64,000 bases of DNA, from assembly GCA_964016885.1 (NCBI GenBank), contig OZ024742.1:301134001-301198000 (forward strand), read 5' to 3'. Positions 40,646 through 52,910 of this stretch are shown here, one piece after another (position 1 is the stretch's first letter; the number at the start of each line of letters is the position of its first letter). A model generated the notes under the pieces. The model was given only the letters and a program-made list of their open reading frames with translations, had not been told where the DNA came from and ran no database searches. A program made the translations under genes and the position numbers. The stretch is from Eledone cirrhosa. Taxonomy: Eukaryota.

Positions 40646-43600
40646 CAGGTTGAAATGTGATATATTTCTCATTTCCAAATGGAATTATATAAATGTTAAT
40701 CTATTTAACTTCAATAGACTCCGGTTGATGATGATCTTCATTATTTTTGTCCTTGTGCATATTGCTGGCAACTCTATTAATTCCATTTAGATATTCTTTT
40801 AACTACATTTAGTGTCAAAACAATATTCTTTTAGTTTTTAAACGTTTTGTCAGAAGTTGAAGACTGCAAATGAGAGGTGTCACAGCAGTAACATCTGTTG
40901 TCTGACATAAATGCATTAATCCTTCATTTACTGAACACTCACTTGGTAATTCATGACCGACATTAGACATCTATCTTGTGATCTCGTTGAAGGGGTTAAC
41001 TGTATTATTGACTATTGCTATTAGTACAATGACTATAGAGCTACTCCTACATTGATTATAGAGCTACTACTACATTGACTGTACTGCTAGTAGTACATGA
41101 CTATAAAGCTAATAGTACATTGACTATACAATTAATTCTTTTCTTATATGGATCATTGTATAAACACTGAGATTTTGTATGTCAATGGTTATGTTACTCA
41201 TTTACATATCTATACATATTTGTGTGTCTGTGTCTATTAAAAAACAGATACATTTGGACACTTAATGTCAAATGTTGTATGTGAAATTATTTTTCTTTGT
41301 TGGCTCAGTTTAGATAGATCTGCTTTATGATTTATTCTGAATCTATTTCTATGCCACACCATGAGATAAGAATCTTCTGTGAGGTTAAATAATGTTAAGT
41401 ACTGTTAGGTTTTACATGCTCTGCCTCTATTTGTGGTGCCTACCACTTGTATTATTTATTAACATCACATGTCCCTACCAACACAGTCATATGTGGTATT
41501 TGATGCTTATCTCTTGAGCAGCACACGTGTGCTCAAACTTTCTCAAATTAATATTTTATAATCCATTAGCCTTTGCTTAAACTTCTTTCTCTGCATTCAC
41601 TGCATTGACCTTGCAGGGGTTGAAAAGGTGATGGGGCCCTTACTTTTAATTTCTTAATCTTACAAAAGAGTAAGTGTAATGAGAGACTGGATGCTACAGT
41701 GTTTGGTGATTAAACAGAGACAATACAAGGTCTAAGTCTGGCCTAGCATGTGATAACCTCGCCAGTGCTGGTGCTATGATGAAATGCACCCAATGGACTC
41801 TGTAAAGTGGTACTACATAAAAATACATCCAGTATACCCCGTAAAGTGTTAGTGTTGGTTCACAAAAAATGCATTTATCATACTTGGTAAAGTGGTAGTG
41901 ATGCTGCCACAAAAAACGCACTTGGTACACCTTGTAAGATTATTGGTGTTAGGAAGGGCATTGAGCCATAGAATCTATGCTAAATGTGGAACATATGAGC
42001 AAAATAGTTTAAAATTTGCCTGACTTAGTGTGAAAAAACATTGCTCTAGTCCCTGTATTCCATCTTTAATAAGGATTGACAAAATTTGTCTGACGAACAA
42101 ACACCTCTGATTGTATTTACTTATGTCCCTTCATACTCTGAGTTAAAATCTCACCAGAGATTGCATCTTAGCTATACTCTTGATCCAAAATGTACAGGAA
42201 AGATATTATTTTGTGCCATGTTAGAAATTCGTATGAATGAAATTACCTCAGTAACAAAACTTATCTATTACTCTCAGGTCCCAAATAATAGGGGTAGCTG
42301 GAAAATCGATAATTTTTCTAGGTTGTCTCCCTTGGGAAAAATCTCTCCCTCCACACATTCTACACCAACTTTTATGAACCTCTTTACAGTAGATTAGGAT
42401 TCACAATACCTCTATTACAGAAAACACTACACATATCCCCTTTCCACTCTGGCATGAGTTGGAAGGGTTGTCATAGTCTGGGACTAAATGGGTCAGTGTG
42501 ACCTCAGCTCATTCATACACCTCCATATTTGGCATGTTTTGTACTTCCTGACCCTAACCATCTTACAGTGTGTAATGGGGGCGTTTTTTCATGGCACTCA
42601 CACTAACATATTATGGGGTGTACTGGGTGCATTTTTTTCTTGGTACCAGCAATAGAGGTTATCACCTGCTAGGCATGACTGAAGGATCCTCTTAAACCCT
42701 ATATTGTTTTTGTTCAGTTACCAAGCACTGCAACCTGTGGTTGCTCACTACATTTTGTTGCAGTATTTGTACAGGAGGGTAGGTGTTTTGTATTATTCTT
42801 AGTTCAAATCTCACTAACGTTCACTTTGTTTATTGTCCACCCAGATTTGATCAAATAAAGTTCCACCAATGTACTGAGGAATGTGAAAAGGAAGGGGCAA
42901 GGGAGTTGACTTCATCCTTTTATACATTTGTTTGCTTTGTGGCCAATTCAATGTTAACTGTTGTTGTCCAGACTGCTGTTATAGTTGTTGTTACTGTTAT
43001 CGTTACTCTCCTCTGTATTACTGTACTTATTAATCAGCTAGACTGACTGAGAGGAGGATTAAACATAATTTTACTTCTGGGTTTGGATAACTGGAGTGGG
43101 TGGGACAGTTTTGATAATCTTACAATGATCCAAGTGGTGGTAGTAGTAGTAGTGTGAGTACTAGTAGTGGCAGTGGTGATGGTAATGGTTGTTATTGCTA
43201 GGCTGTATTGATAATGCTGTTATTGTTGGTAGTTGTGGTATCAACTGGAGAGATGAGCTTTTCATCACTAATAATTACAGAAGTTTTTTTGATTTGGTCA
43301 TTTTAATAATATTCAAGTAAGTTGTGGTTATTGTTGTAGTTCAGTCATTAGGATATGACTTCATGTGGTCAGTTGTTGTTGTAGTAGTTGTAACTTTAGC
43401 TACTATCTTGGTATTGTTTGTGTTGTAGGTTTCTTGGATTTTGTTTAGGATGGTGATGATGATTGTATTGATGTTAGGTGATAGTGGTGGTATTGATTAT
43501 GATGGTGGTGGTGATGATGGTTTTGAAGTGTAACTATGCTTATTATTGATGATTAACAAAACAAGCATGGAATAAAAAATCTCCCCTCCCTCTCAGTTTG

Positions 43601-43879
43601 TGTTCATTATTTTTATATCCATATTTTCATGCTGGCATGGCCTGGATGAAACATTCTTGAGTCAGTATTCTACTAGATGTCCTTCTTGGGGTTAACCCAT
43701 ACGTTATATATATATGAAGCAAGTTAAATAGAACAGACATAACGTTTCCCCACTCACTCGATGAACAACTACTTTCAAATTATTAAAATTCAAACACAGC
43801 TAGTCAGTGTACACTTTCGTTAATCAGTGAGGAAGACAACTTTGTGAGGTTAAGATGGTATAGTACCCGGACTGCTATA

Positions 43880-43959
<80 letters not shown>

Positions 43960-45284
43960 AATCAGTATTAATGTGAAAACATATACAGATATGCACACAC
44001 TCATAAATATCAGACTGCTGCACAGTTTGTCTACCAAATGTTACTCACAAGGCATTAGTCAACCTGAGGCTACAGTAGAAGACACTGCCCTGAGTTGCCA
44101 TACAGAAAGATTGAACTCAAAATCATGTGCTTGTGAAGTGAAATTCTTAACTACATGCCCATATTCATCAGCGTAATCATTTTGTGTCTGTTTACCATGT
44201 TGGCATGGATTGAATGGGTCATAGTGGCCCGAGACTTAACTGGCATGGATTGAATGGGTCGTAGTGGTCTGAAACTAGACTGGCTGAAGAACTATATCTT
44301 GTTCATATGTTTCATATTTACCTTGGTTTCTATGGCTTGATGTCCTTCCTAATGCCATCTACTTTACAGAGTACCGAGTATGTTTTATAGAGTGTACGTG
44401 GTACATTTTGTCATGGTACCAGCACTACTGCTTTACAGAGTGTATTGGTAGCATTTTATTGTCATACCAAGTTCTATTTTCCCATTTTTATTTTCATTTG
44501 ATTGTGGCCATTCTGAGGCACAGCATTCAAGTGTTTAGTTGATCATATCAACCACAGTACTTATTTCTGTCTGATACTTATTTTATGGATTTCTATTTGA
44601 CAGACCGTTAAGTTACAGGATATAAACAACACAGATTTCTTGACCAATGTAAACATAATCTCTCTCTCTCTCTATCATTATTTTATGTCAATCATCCATG
44701 CATAGGTCTGTGACTTGCAGCGGGGTATCTCAAAGAAATACCAAGTTGTCATGTCTCTGCATCTCTTCCTTGACATACACATCACCTAGAACCTTTCTGA
44801 ATCTAGCAGAGCTATTGTCAGTTATCTTTTAAGTTATAACAGAGGAGTTTAAGACTGGTTATCTATGGGAGTTCCTTTATTTTTTAAAATATGGTCAGGC
44901 ATAATCTGATGGAGATGTGGCTGCTATTTTTAGTATCTTAGGTGATCCTATTAGTTTGTTCTGTTTGTGTGAGTTGGTTCATTCCAACTGGCACTGCACT
45001 GAGGCAGGAACATTGCTGCTGCCTTGGTTGAGCTGACTGCTGCTATGAATGTAATGAGAGAGAGAGACATGCACTACAAGACATGTGTGTGGCCTTCAAA
45101 TGGGCTATTCAATCTATTATTGATTTAGTTCTCCATTTTTATTTACCAGGGATGGGTCTTAATGAGATCATTATCTGGAAAACAGCTGTAGATAAGATGA
45201 AATTTAATGTCATGCATGGATTATGAGTGAAAATGAAACGGCTTGCTAATTGTCATAGCTACTGGTCTCAATTTGATGAGGAAG

Positions 45285-45595
45285 TCAGCTCAATCACACA
45301 TCTGTCTCTTCACAGTCCATACTACATCTCATTCCCACAGCTGTCTCTTCACGGTCCATGCTCCATCTCAGACCCATAGCTGTCTCTTCACAGTCCATAC
45401 TACAGTTCAGTCCCACATCTGTCTCTTCACAGTCCATACTACAACTCAGACCCATAGCTGTCTCTTCACAGTCCATACACAGCTCAGTCCCACATCTGTC
45501 TCTTCACAGTCCATACTCCATTTCAGTCCCACATCTGTCTCTTCATAGACCATACTACAGCTCACTCCCACAACTGACTCTTCATAAGACCCCAT
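45285..45595. repeat. 39-bp minisatellite, ~8 copies
   Basis: Unit ~CAGTCCCACATCTGTCTCTTCACAGTCCATACTACAGCT. Confidence 0.93.
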
Positions 45596-47535
45596 GAGAT
45601 CAGGCTTTTATTGAAATAACATTTTAATTCATGAAATTAGTGTTTGTTTTTGTGATTGTTTTTTTTTTTTTGTTTTTTTCAGCTGTTTTTTTCAGCTGTT
45701 TTTTTTAGCAGTTTTTTTCCAGAACAACTCAATACTTAATTATGAATTTAAAATATAAGCATATTTATTGAACAATATTTTTCTAAATGTATATGTGTCT
45801 ATTAAATGTGTGTTGTGTGTATATTAAATTCTGTTTTATCCAGCTGTTAACATCCTGCAAGCCTTTGTAAGCCACAAATATACCTGGTTTAAAGTACATT
45901 GAGGAAAAACACCTTTACTTTTGGTTAATGCCACTTTAGTAGAACCAAATTCAGTGGAAAGTTTTTTGCCTAATCTATAACCTCTCTTCTGAGTCAGTGC
46001 ATTTATCTGATTTCAAACACAATAGAAATAGCAGCCAAATCTCATTGAACAATGTAGTCATTCATATACAAAAACAAATTGGGATGATTCAACTGGAATG
46101 CTTTTATTCATAAGGGTGGTTGATCATGGCTGATCTGGAGTTAAACAACAATTCTCTTCTACCTAAGCCAGCTGGAAAATCCTCAACCTGTTTTAAGATA
46201 ATCATCTTAAAAATGGTGGAACACACTGGATAATAATATAATTATTATGACAGAATAAAAATTGAGCAGATCACAGCTGGAATATCTTTGATCTGCTTGA
46301 TTAGGTATTACCTGGGGACACAAGCTGGGTGATCACAGCTGGAATATCTTTGATCTGCTGGATCAAGGATGACCTGGGCTTAAGCATCATCTGATAAATC
46401 TTTACATGGTCTCACAACTTTTTCTGCTACTACAAAATGTTACTTTTGAAACCTTTCAGTTCACACATTCACCCTAATCTTCTTTGCTATAACTCTTTCT
46501 GTAACTTTCATGACTCTGTTCATCATCTTGATGCCTCCATAGTTTCCTCTATCTAATACCTTTGTAGCGGTTGACAATAATGCTGCTATGCCAGTTGTTG
46601 GGTATAACACCATCCTATATTACTTGATTTACTATACTTGTGCTTAACATGTGGCCCACCATCCCAGATGCTTTCAGCATCTCCACAACTACCCCTGAAG
46701 GTCCAATGCGTACACGTGTGTGTGTGTGCGTGTAAAATCATTTGTGTTTCTCCTGCTCACCTCTCAGAAAGGCTGAACATACATAATGTGGTCATGGTAT
46801 ATGATGTATTTTGGGTGGCCTAAGTATTAATATCTGGGTAAACAATACTACAACATGCCCTACCACATCCTATCCCCTATCTAGCTCTACGTGACAGAAC
46901 AAGTCACATGCTATTGTGTGAGTTAATTCATTGAACAATTTCAGTATCGAACCATCACAGTTATCAAGTTGTGATCCTAGCAAGTGACTATTAGCTGATC
47001 ATATATTATCATCTATAATCCTCAACTAGCTCATATTTCAGCTTTTTCTGCTTGTGTGTACAAACACTCGCACACCATATATGGGCATGTGTATGTGTAC
47101 AAGCTGTATAGTGTAATATTAACTAGTTTTTTTATGTCCTTCCACTCCATCTTGGACTCTCCTTCCCTATCCTTCCACCTTATCTTGGACCCTCCTTCCT
47201 TCCCCAGTTTCTGTCCCCCCACCATATCTTGAACATTTCTGCTCTATCTTGAGAAGTGGGGTAAACATAATCTGCTGTCTGCTTTAACTCCTCTGACCCT
47301 TGTACAATAGATCAGTAGCTCTGATTAAGTACCAACTTGGTCAGTGATAACCCATCCAACCCTTTCTATTGAAAGTGAATGTTAAATGATGATGCTACCT
47401 TGTTATGGTTTTAGTTTAAATCTTGTTGGAGGTTGGATTTAGGCTCCAGTCAAGGACTAAAATTGACATTTTTTTCTTGAACTTTTCTCTTTTTTAAAAA
47501 TAAATCTCATCTTTGATTTTCTGTTTGTTTTTCAG

Positions 47536-47666
47536 GTTTATGTGTTTACATGTATGCAGGTATTGGTATTACAGCTGGTTCACACCGTTTGTGGGCACAC
47601 CGTGCTTATAAAGCCAAGATGCCAATGAGGGCTCTGCTAGCTTCCATGCAATCAACTGCATTCCAG
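47536..47666 (+). CDS. SCD: SCD coding exon 2 (131 nt; first His box)
   Basis: Acceptor tttttcag, donor gttggt. Encodes LCVYMYAGIGITAGSHRLWAHRAYKAKMPMRALLASMQSTAFQ. Phase fits both neighbours. Confidence 0.96.
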
Positions 47667-47768
47667 GTTGGTGAAAAACCTGTTTTGGTACTTTTAACAC
47701 TGCTTCTCACAAGGTTTTCTAATTGCTGTTTCTCAGTATGTGTGTATGTATATCAAACTTCTGTTATG

Positions 47769-48055
47769 AAGGTGTGTGACGTAGTGCTTACAGTGTTTGG
47801 TTCACAATCATAAGCTCATGAGTTCGATTCCTGGCTGTGCATTGTGTCCTTGAGGAAAACACTTTATTTCATGCTATTCCAGTTCACTCAGCTGGCAAAA
47901 CTGAATTGTAATGTAATTCAAAGGACCAGCCTTGTCACATATGGTCATGCTGAATCTCCCTGAGAACTACGTTGTGTGTGGATGCATCTGTGAAAAGCTC
48001 AGACTCTTAGACATGTCATGTACAGGCTGTTATTTAAACAACTGGAACACTTGTT
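47769..48055 (+). mobile_element. CORE-like SINE with a different 3' part (related copies at ~31930-32100 and ~62573-62850)
   Basis: tRNA head, ttgtgtccttgag..a.acactttatttc, then gtaattcaaag..ccagc...catgctgaatctc. Confidence 0.75.
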
Positions 48056-48082
48056 AACTGAAAACAAAAACAAAAAATCATT

Positions 48083-48415
48083 TCATCATCATCATTTCAT
48101 TTTACGTCCGCTTTTCCCTGCTTGAAAGGGTGGGACAGGAACTGATTCTGGCTTGATTTCTACAGCTGGATGCCCTTCCTAACACTAACCTCATTTACAG
48201 TGGTGCTTTTTTTGCCGTGGAGGTGCCACGACCACTTTGCAGTGGAATGATATGGACCCCAGTCCCTATCATCTCATTTCTACAGCTGAGTAAACTGGAG
48301 CAATGTGAAATAAAGTGTCTTGCTCAAGAAAACAAAACATCACCCGGTCTGAGAATTGAACTCACAACCTCTCGATTGCAAGGCCAATGCTCTAACCACT
48401 AAGCCATGTGCCTCC
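48083..48415 (-). mobile_element. Family B SINE
   Basis: Near-identical to 25042-25375 and the reverse complement of 37103-37470. Confidence 0.85.
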
Positions 48416-48662
48416 ACGCACACAGTATTTACGTATCGAGAAAGAGAAAAAGGAGGGATAGGTGATACATATAGTTATTTGCCAAGTAGCGTATGCCAAA
48501 GGTGCTCGATACTAGTGCCGGCAGTATTAAATATTCGAAGTGTTAATATTTAGTGGGCTAGAGAGTTAGCAGAGCGTAAGCACGTGGGAAAGTAAAAAAT
48601 CGGAGAATAGACCGTTAAAACATGTTTATTTAAAATATCACCTACGTACGTTTCACCCAGTT

Positions 48663-48780
48663 GGGCTCAGGGGACTGTCAAATGCTTTCTCCAAGTCAAC
48701 AAAAGCTAAGTATACATATATATATATGTATACTTAGCTTTTGTTGACTTGGAGAAAGCATTTGACAGTCCCCTGAGCCC
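48663..48780. repeat. 118-bp perfect palindrome
   Basis: Self-complementary base for base around 48721/48722. Confidence 0.95.
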
Positions 48781-50205
48781 TTAGAAAACTAGGGGTTGAT
48801 GAATGGCTTGTGAGAGCTATACAAGCCATGTATAAGGAAACAGTCAGCAAGGTTAGAATTAACAACGAATATAGTGAAGAATTTAGGGTAAAAGTTGGTG
48901 TTCATCAGGGCTCTGTCCTTAGCCCCCTTCTATTTATTATTGCCCTTCAGGCTATAACAGAAGTTCAAGACCGGCTGCCCATGGGAACTTTTCTATGCAG
49001 ATGATCTAACGCTCATAGCTGAATTGATGGTTGAACTAGAGAAGAAATTCCAAACATGGAAGCATGGCCTAGAATCAAAAGGCCTTAAAGTTAACTTGTC
49101 TAAGACTAAAGTTTTATGTAGGAAGGAAAATAGGGCACAGGTCTCCTCTGGGAAATGGCCATGCTCAGTGTGTAGGAAAGGAGTAGGCAGAAATTCCATT
49201 TTATGTCCCAAATGTAAAGTATGGGTGCATAAAAGATGTAGTGGGATCACAGGTAAACTATCTAAGAATGTAGATTTTATATGTGGCCAGTGCTCAGGTG
49301 CAATAAGTAGCAGCAAGTGCCCACAGGATACTAGCTCCTTCTATTGCACAGATGGCTCTATAGAAATAGTGGACACCTTCTGTTACCTGGGTGACAAAAT
49401 CAGCAGTGGTGGAGGGTGCTCAGAAAGTACAGTAGCCAGAGTCAGAACAGGATGGAAAAAGTTCAGAGAGCTTATACCACTATTGAGACATGGACATTGT
49501 GTGCAGAGGATCTACACAGACTGGAGAGGAGCAAAGCTTGCATGCTCTGCTGGATGTGTAATAGTAATATACGTGAACAGCAAAGCATAAATGAACTAAG
49601 TGAGAAATTAGGTATAAGAGGGATCAGATGCTGTTTACTCAAGAGAAGACTGTTGGTATGGTCACGTGATGCGCATGAAAGACGACAGCTGTATAAAAAA
49701 AAGTGCAGGGCGATCAAAATTGACGGAAGTTACAGAGTAGGCAGACCCAGAAAACCTGGGACGATTTGATAAATTCCGACCTTACACACTTACACCTCTC
49801 TAAGACAATGTCAGTGGACCGAGATTTTTTGGTGCTACGCAGTAATACAGAAGACCCGCCTTGCCTAAGTACAAAGTGAAACCTACAGTCAGTAGGCACC
49901 CCATCCCACTACCCCAACTTCCCCACCCCCATCAGCACCACCACTTTCTCTGTAAAGTTATGTTGGTACCACAACATCCAGTCCTAAATAAATGAGGTCG
50001 TGTAGGTGTCACGATAAAAAAAAAAAGTCCACGCTGTAATGTGGCCATGTAGGTAACACTGTAAAAACCTCCCAGTCCACACTGTAAACATGGCTGGTGT
50101 TAGGAAGGGCATCCAGCTGTAGAAAACCTGCGAGATGACCAATCTTGCTTCAAGTGGGACAATTCCCGTCTAAACCCATGCTAGCGTGGAAGATAGACGT
50201 TAAAC

Positions 50206-50244
<39 letters not shown>
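48729..50244 (+). mobile_element. 5'-truncated RTE LINE copy in an SCD intron
   Basis: Starts at the YLAFVDLEKAFD motif, has several frameshifts and ends in a long (GAT)n tail. Confidence 0.94.
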
Positions 50245-50710
50245 ATATATATTGTGTGTTCTTTATATTTCATTTGCATATCAATGTTGTTGCTGTGTAT
50301 AGTTAAATTCAGATTTACATGTAAAGTTATGAGACATTATGAAGGTAAGATGTGATTGTTGTATTTTCAAGATGAATCATTTAGAAACAATGTTTTGTTC
50401 AGCAGGTTCATAGGATGATGACATTGTCCTCAGGATTTTAGTAAGAAGTAAATTGTTTCAGTATTTTGGTGAAGTCTTTGCTACTGTGGCTACTGGTTTT
50501 CTGTAGTTGAAATTTTACTGAACTGTCTACTGACCTGTCTTAGGAAAATAACTGACTATTCTATGTCTGTCATTGGAGTGTGATTTAATTACTGTAAACT
50601 ACCGTGTACAAGTTGGCCTGGTATTTTAATCTAGAATTCAACTCCCAAATTTATAATAGGGTCTTCTAGGTTGTTCTTAATGTTGGCTATCCTAGGGATT
50701 TTCTAACTAA

Positions 50711-51276
50711 TCTATACTATAATAAAAGGAGGAGTACAAGACAGCATCCGTTTTATATTTTTTAATCCCGTTAGTAAAATAAGTTGGATTACTTTGGATA
50801 AATAATGAATGAATATTACATAATTATGTACTAAATTTCGTAGCTGTTGATTTAACATAAATATTCTTATATATAATGATTGCTTATTTTAAGATTCACT
50901 TCTTTTAAAATTTTCAAATGTCAATACTTCCGGTTATAATATAACGGACGCTATATCACATATCGCTTATATAAACGTTCATATATTAACATTGTTATAT
51001 CATAACGTTTATATTTCCATTGCTAGTTTTCTCCTTTTTCGTTTTCATTACATTTCACCGTAATAGAGTTTATAATATCTTTTTCAAATGTATCATGGAT
51101 TACTTTACTGATTACAGGAGACAGTGTTACAGTCTCTCTTCAATTTCTGTGCATATTGTCAATTACAATTTCTTTTGACGTATCATATCTACATGCATAT
51201 AATATTTGCGAATAATATCAATATGCACACAACACATGGTAGCAGAAAACCACTCGAAGGGTGGTTTTTCTGTTAG
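50711..51276 (+). mobile_element. Non-autonomous Helitron, second copy
   Basis: A|TCTATACTATAATAAAAGG 5' end; hairpin GCAGAAAACCACTCGAAGGGTGGTTTTTCTG then TTAG|T (CTAG variant). No TSD. Confidence 0.85.
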
Positions 51277-51844
51277 TGACTATAATATACCTACCATCTG
51301 GATCTCAGTCAGTTTCAACAATGAGAGTTTCAGTTGTTTGATAAATGGAACAGCCAACTCATTAATGTATAAATGAGTGAACATTAATGTAATTTTCAAG
51401 GGCATTCAGCATAAGTGTGTGACAAGCCTGACATTTGAATTACAGTTACAGTCCATCTGATGGACTTCCAAATAGTTTCCATCTGCCCAATTTCGCTTAC
51501 AAGGCATGAGTAGTCCCCCCCCCCCCACTCTCCCCCATGCTACTATGATAAATAATTCTTGCTCACAATGCCACGCAGTGCGGTCAAACCAGTGACCTAA
51601 TGGTTGCAAAGTGAACTCTTTAACCACATATAACTACCATAACACTGTAGCACATAAATCAATCTTATTGATGATTTTCTAATTATTACTTCGCATTATA
51701 GATATCTATTAAGTACATACTGTATTGATAGATATTTATGGCAACATAATAGAATTACAGTAAAAGATAGTCAGCAGCTATTAGGAGCTCTGCTCCACTT
51801 GTTTACCAACTAGCAGTAAAGATTTGACTTGTATTTCCACTTAA

Positions 51845-52047
51845 CCCTTTAGCAATTAAACTGGCCATATCTGACCAGAATTCTCTCACCTCTTTCTGGC
51901 CATAACCAGTTGCTCATACTGATGTCAAAGTATTCTCAAAATGAATATCAAAATCTTGTAGATTTGATATGTAGGATAATTATGTAAGATAAAGTGTTTA
52001 CCATGAAAATACAATAGTAAATGTAGAGTAATGTAAATGCTAAAGGG
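51845..52047 (+). mobile_element. piggyBac-type MITE copy
   Basis: TTAA|CCCTTTAGCA...TGCTAAAGGG|TTAA. Confidence 0.82.
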
Positions 52048-52154
52048 TTAAGTTAATTCCTAGTTTTGGAGAGGATTTTTAGGTTCAAAAAGTTACTTGT
52101 GTGCCAGAATTTATAGATGTTTTTGAAGTATGATAAACTTTTTGTTTGTTGCAG

Positions 52155-52360
52155 AATGACATTTACGACTGGAGCCGAGACCACAGAGTCCACCATAAGT
52201 ATTCAGAGACTGATGCTGACCCTCACAATGCTAAACGAGGGTTCTTCTTCTCTCACGTTGGCTGGTTACTTGTACGCAAACACCCTGATGTTACAGCCAA
52301 AGGTAAATTACTGGATACCAATGACCTGTTAAATGATCCTGTTGTTCACTTTCAAAGGAA
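52155..52360 (+). CDS. SCD: SCD coding exon 3 (206 nt; second His box)
   Basis: Acceptor ttgcag, donor gtaagt at 52361. Encodes NDIYDWSRDHRVHHKYSETDADPHNAKRGFFFSHVGWLLVRKHP...FQRK. Confidence 0.97.
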
Positions 52361-52427
52361 GTAAGTTATAAAAATCTCTTGAGGTTTTTCTTTTTACTTT
52401 TTGTATGCATGTGTGTTTGTGCATATA

Positions 52428-52511
52428 CAGGGTGTCCCCCCAAAATATATACAAACTTCAACAGCATTCAAATGTGTATACATTTTTTTTTTGGGGGGGG
52501 GGGGCATCCTG
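52428..52511. mobile_element. Tiny Tc1-like MITE
   Basis: TA|CAGGGTGTCCCCC...AAAATATATACA / TGTATACATTTT...GGGGCATCCTG inverted ends. Confidence 0.55.
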
Positions 52512-52910
52512 TGCATAGATATATAGATATATGCATGCGTGTGTATCTCTTATATCATCAGCATCATCACCGTTTTACGTCCGTTCTTCCGGACATAAAA
52601 CGGTGATGATGATAGATATGTATAATTTGTCTTAGGGTAACATGCAGGCGTGCTCGTGTGGTTACGAAGTTTGCTTCACAACTACATTGTTTCATGTTCT
52701 ATTCTACTGGCTGACACAATAATCGTGAGTTGACCATCTGACTAACTACTTTTGTGAGTGGTTTTGGTAGACAGAAACATGGTCAAGTGAGAAAAGTTGA
52801 ACAATTTGAGTTACCTCCCTTGGACAAGATTGCGTTGTGTCGGTATTTATTGCTGAGTTGATAATAAAGGAATGTCTTCAATCACGATTCTATATATTTA
52901 TATATTACAC

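Noticed and set aside
43800-43830. Minus-strand CTGATTAACGAAAGTGTACACT as another hammerhead
   Set aside because: No helix II or helix I, and a G at the cleavage position.
45243-45597. ORFs with a 13-aa His/Cys repeat resembling a metal-binding protein
   Set aside because: By-product of a 39-bp minisatellite that is open in several frames and on both strands; no splice or homology support.
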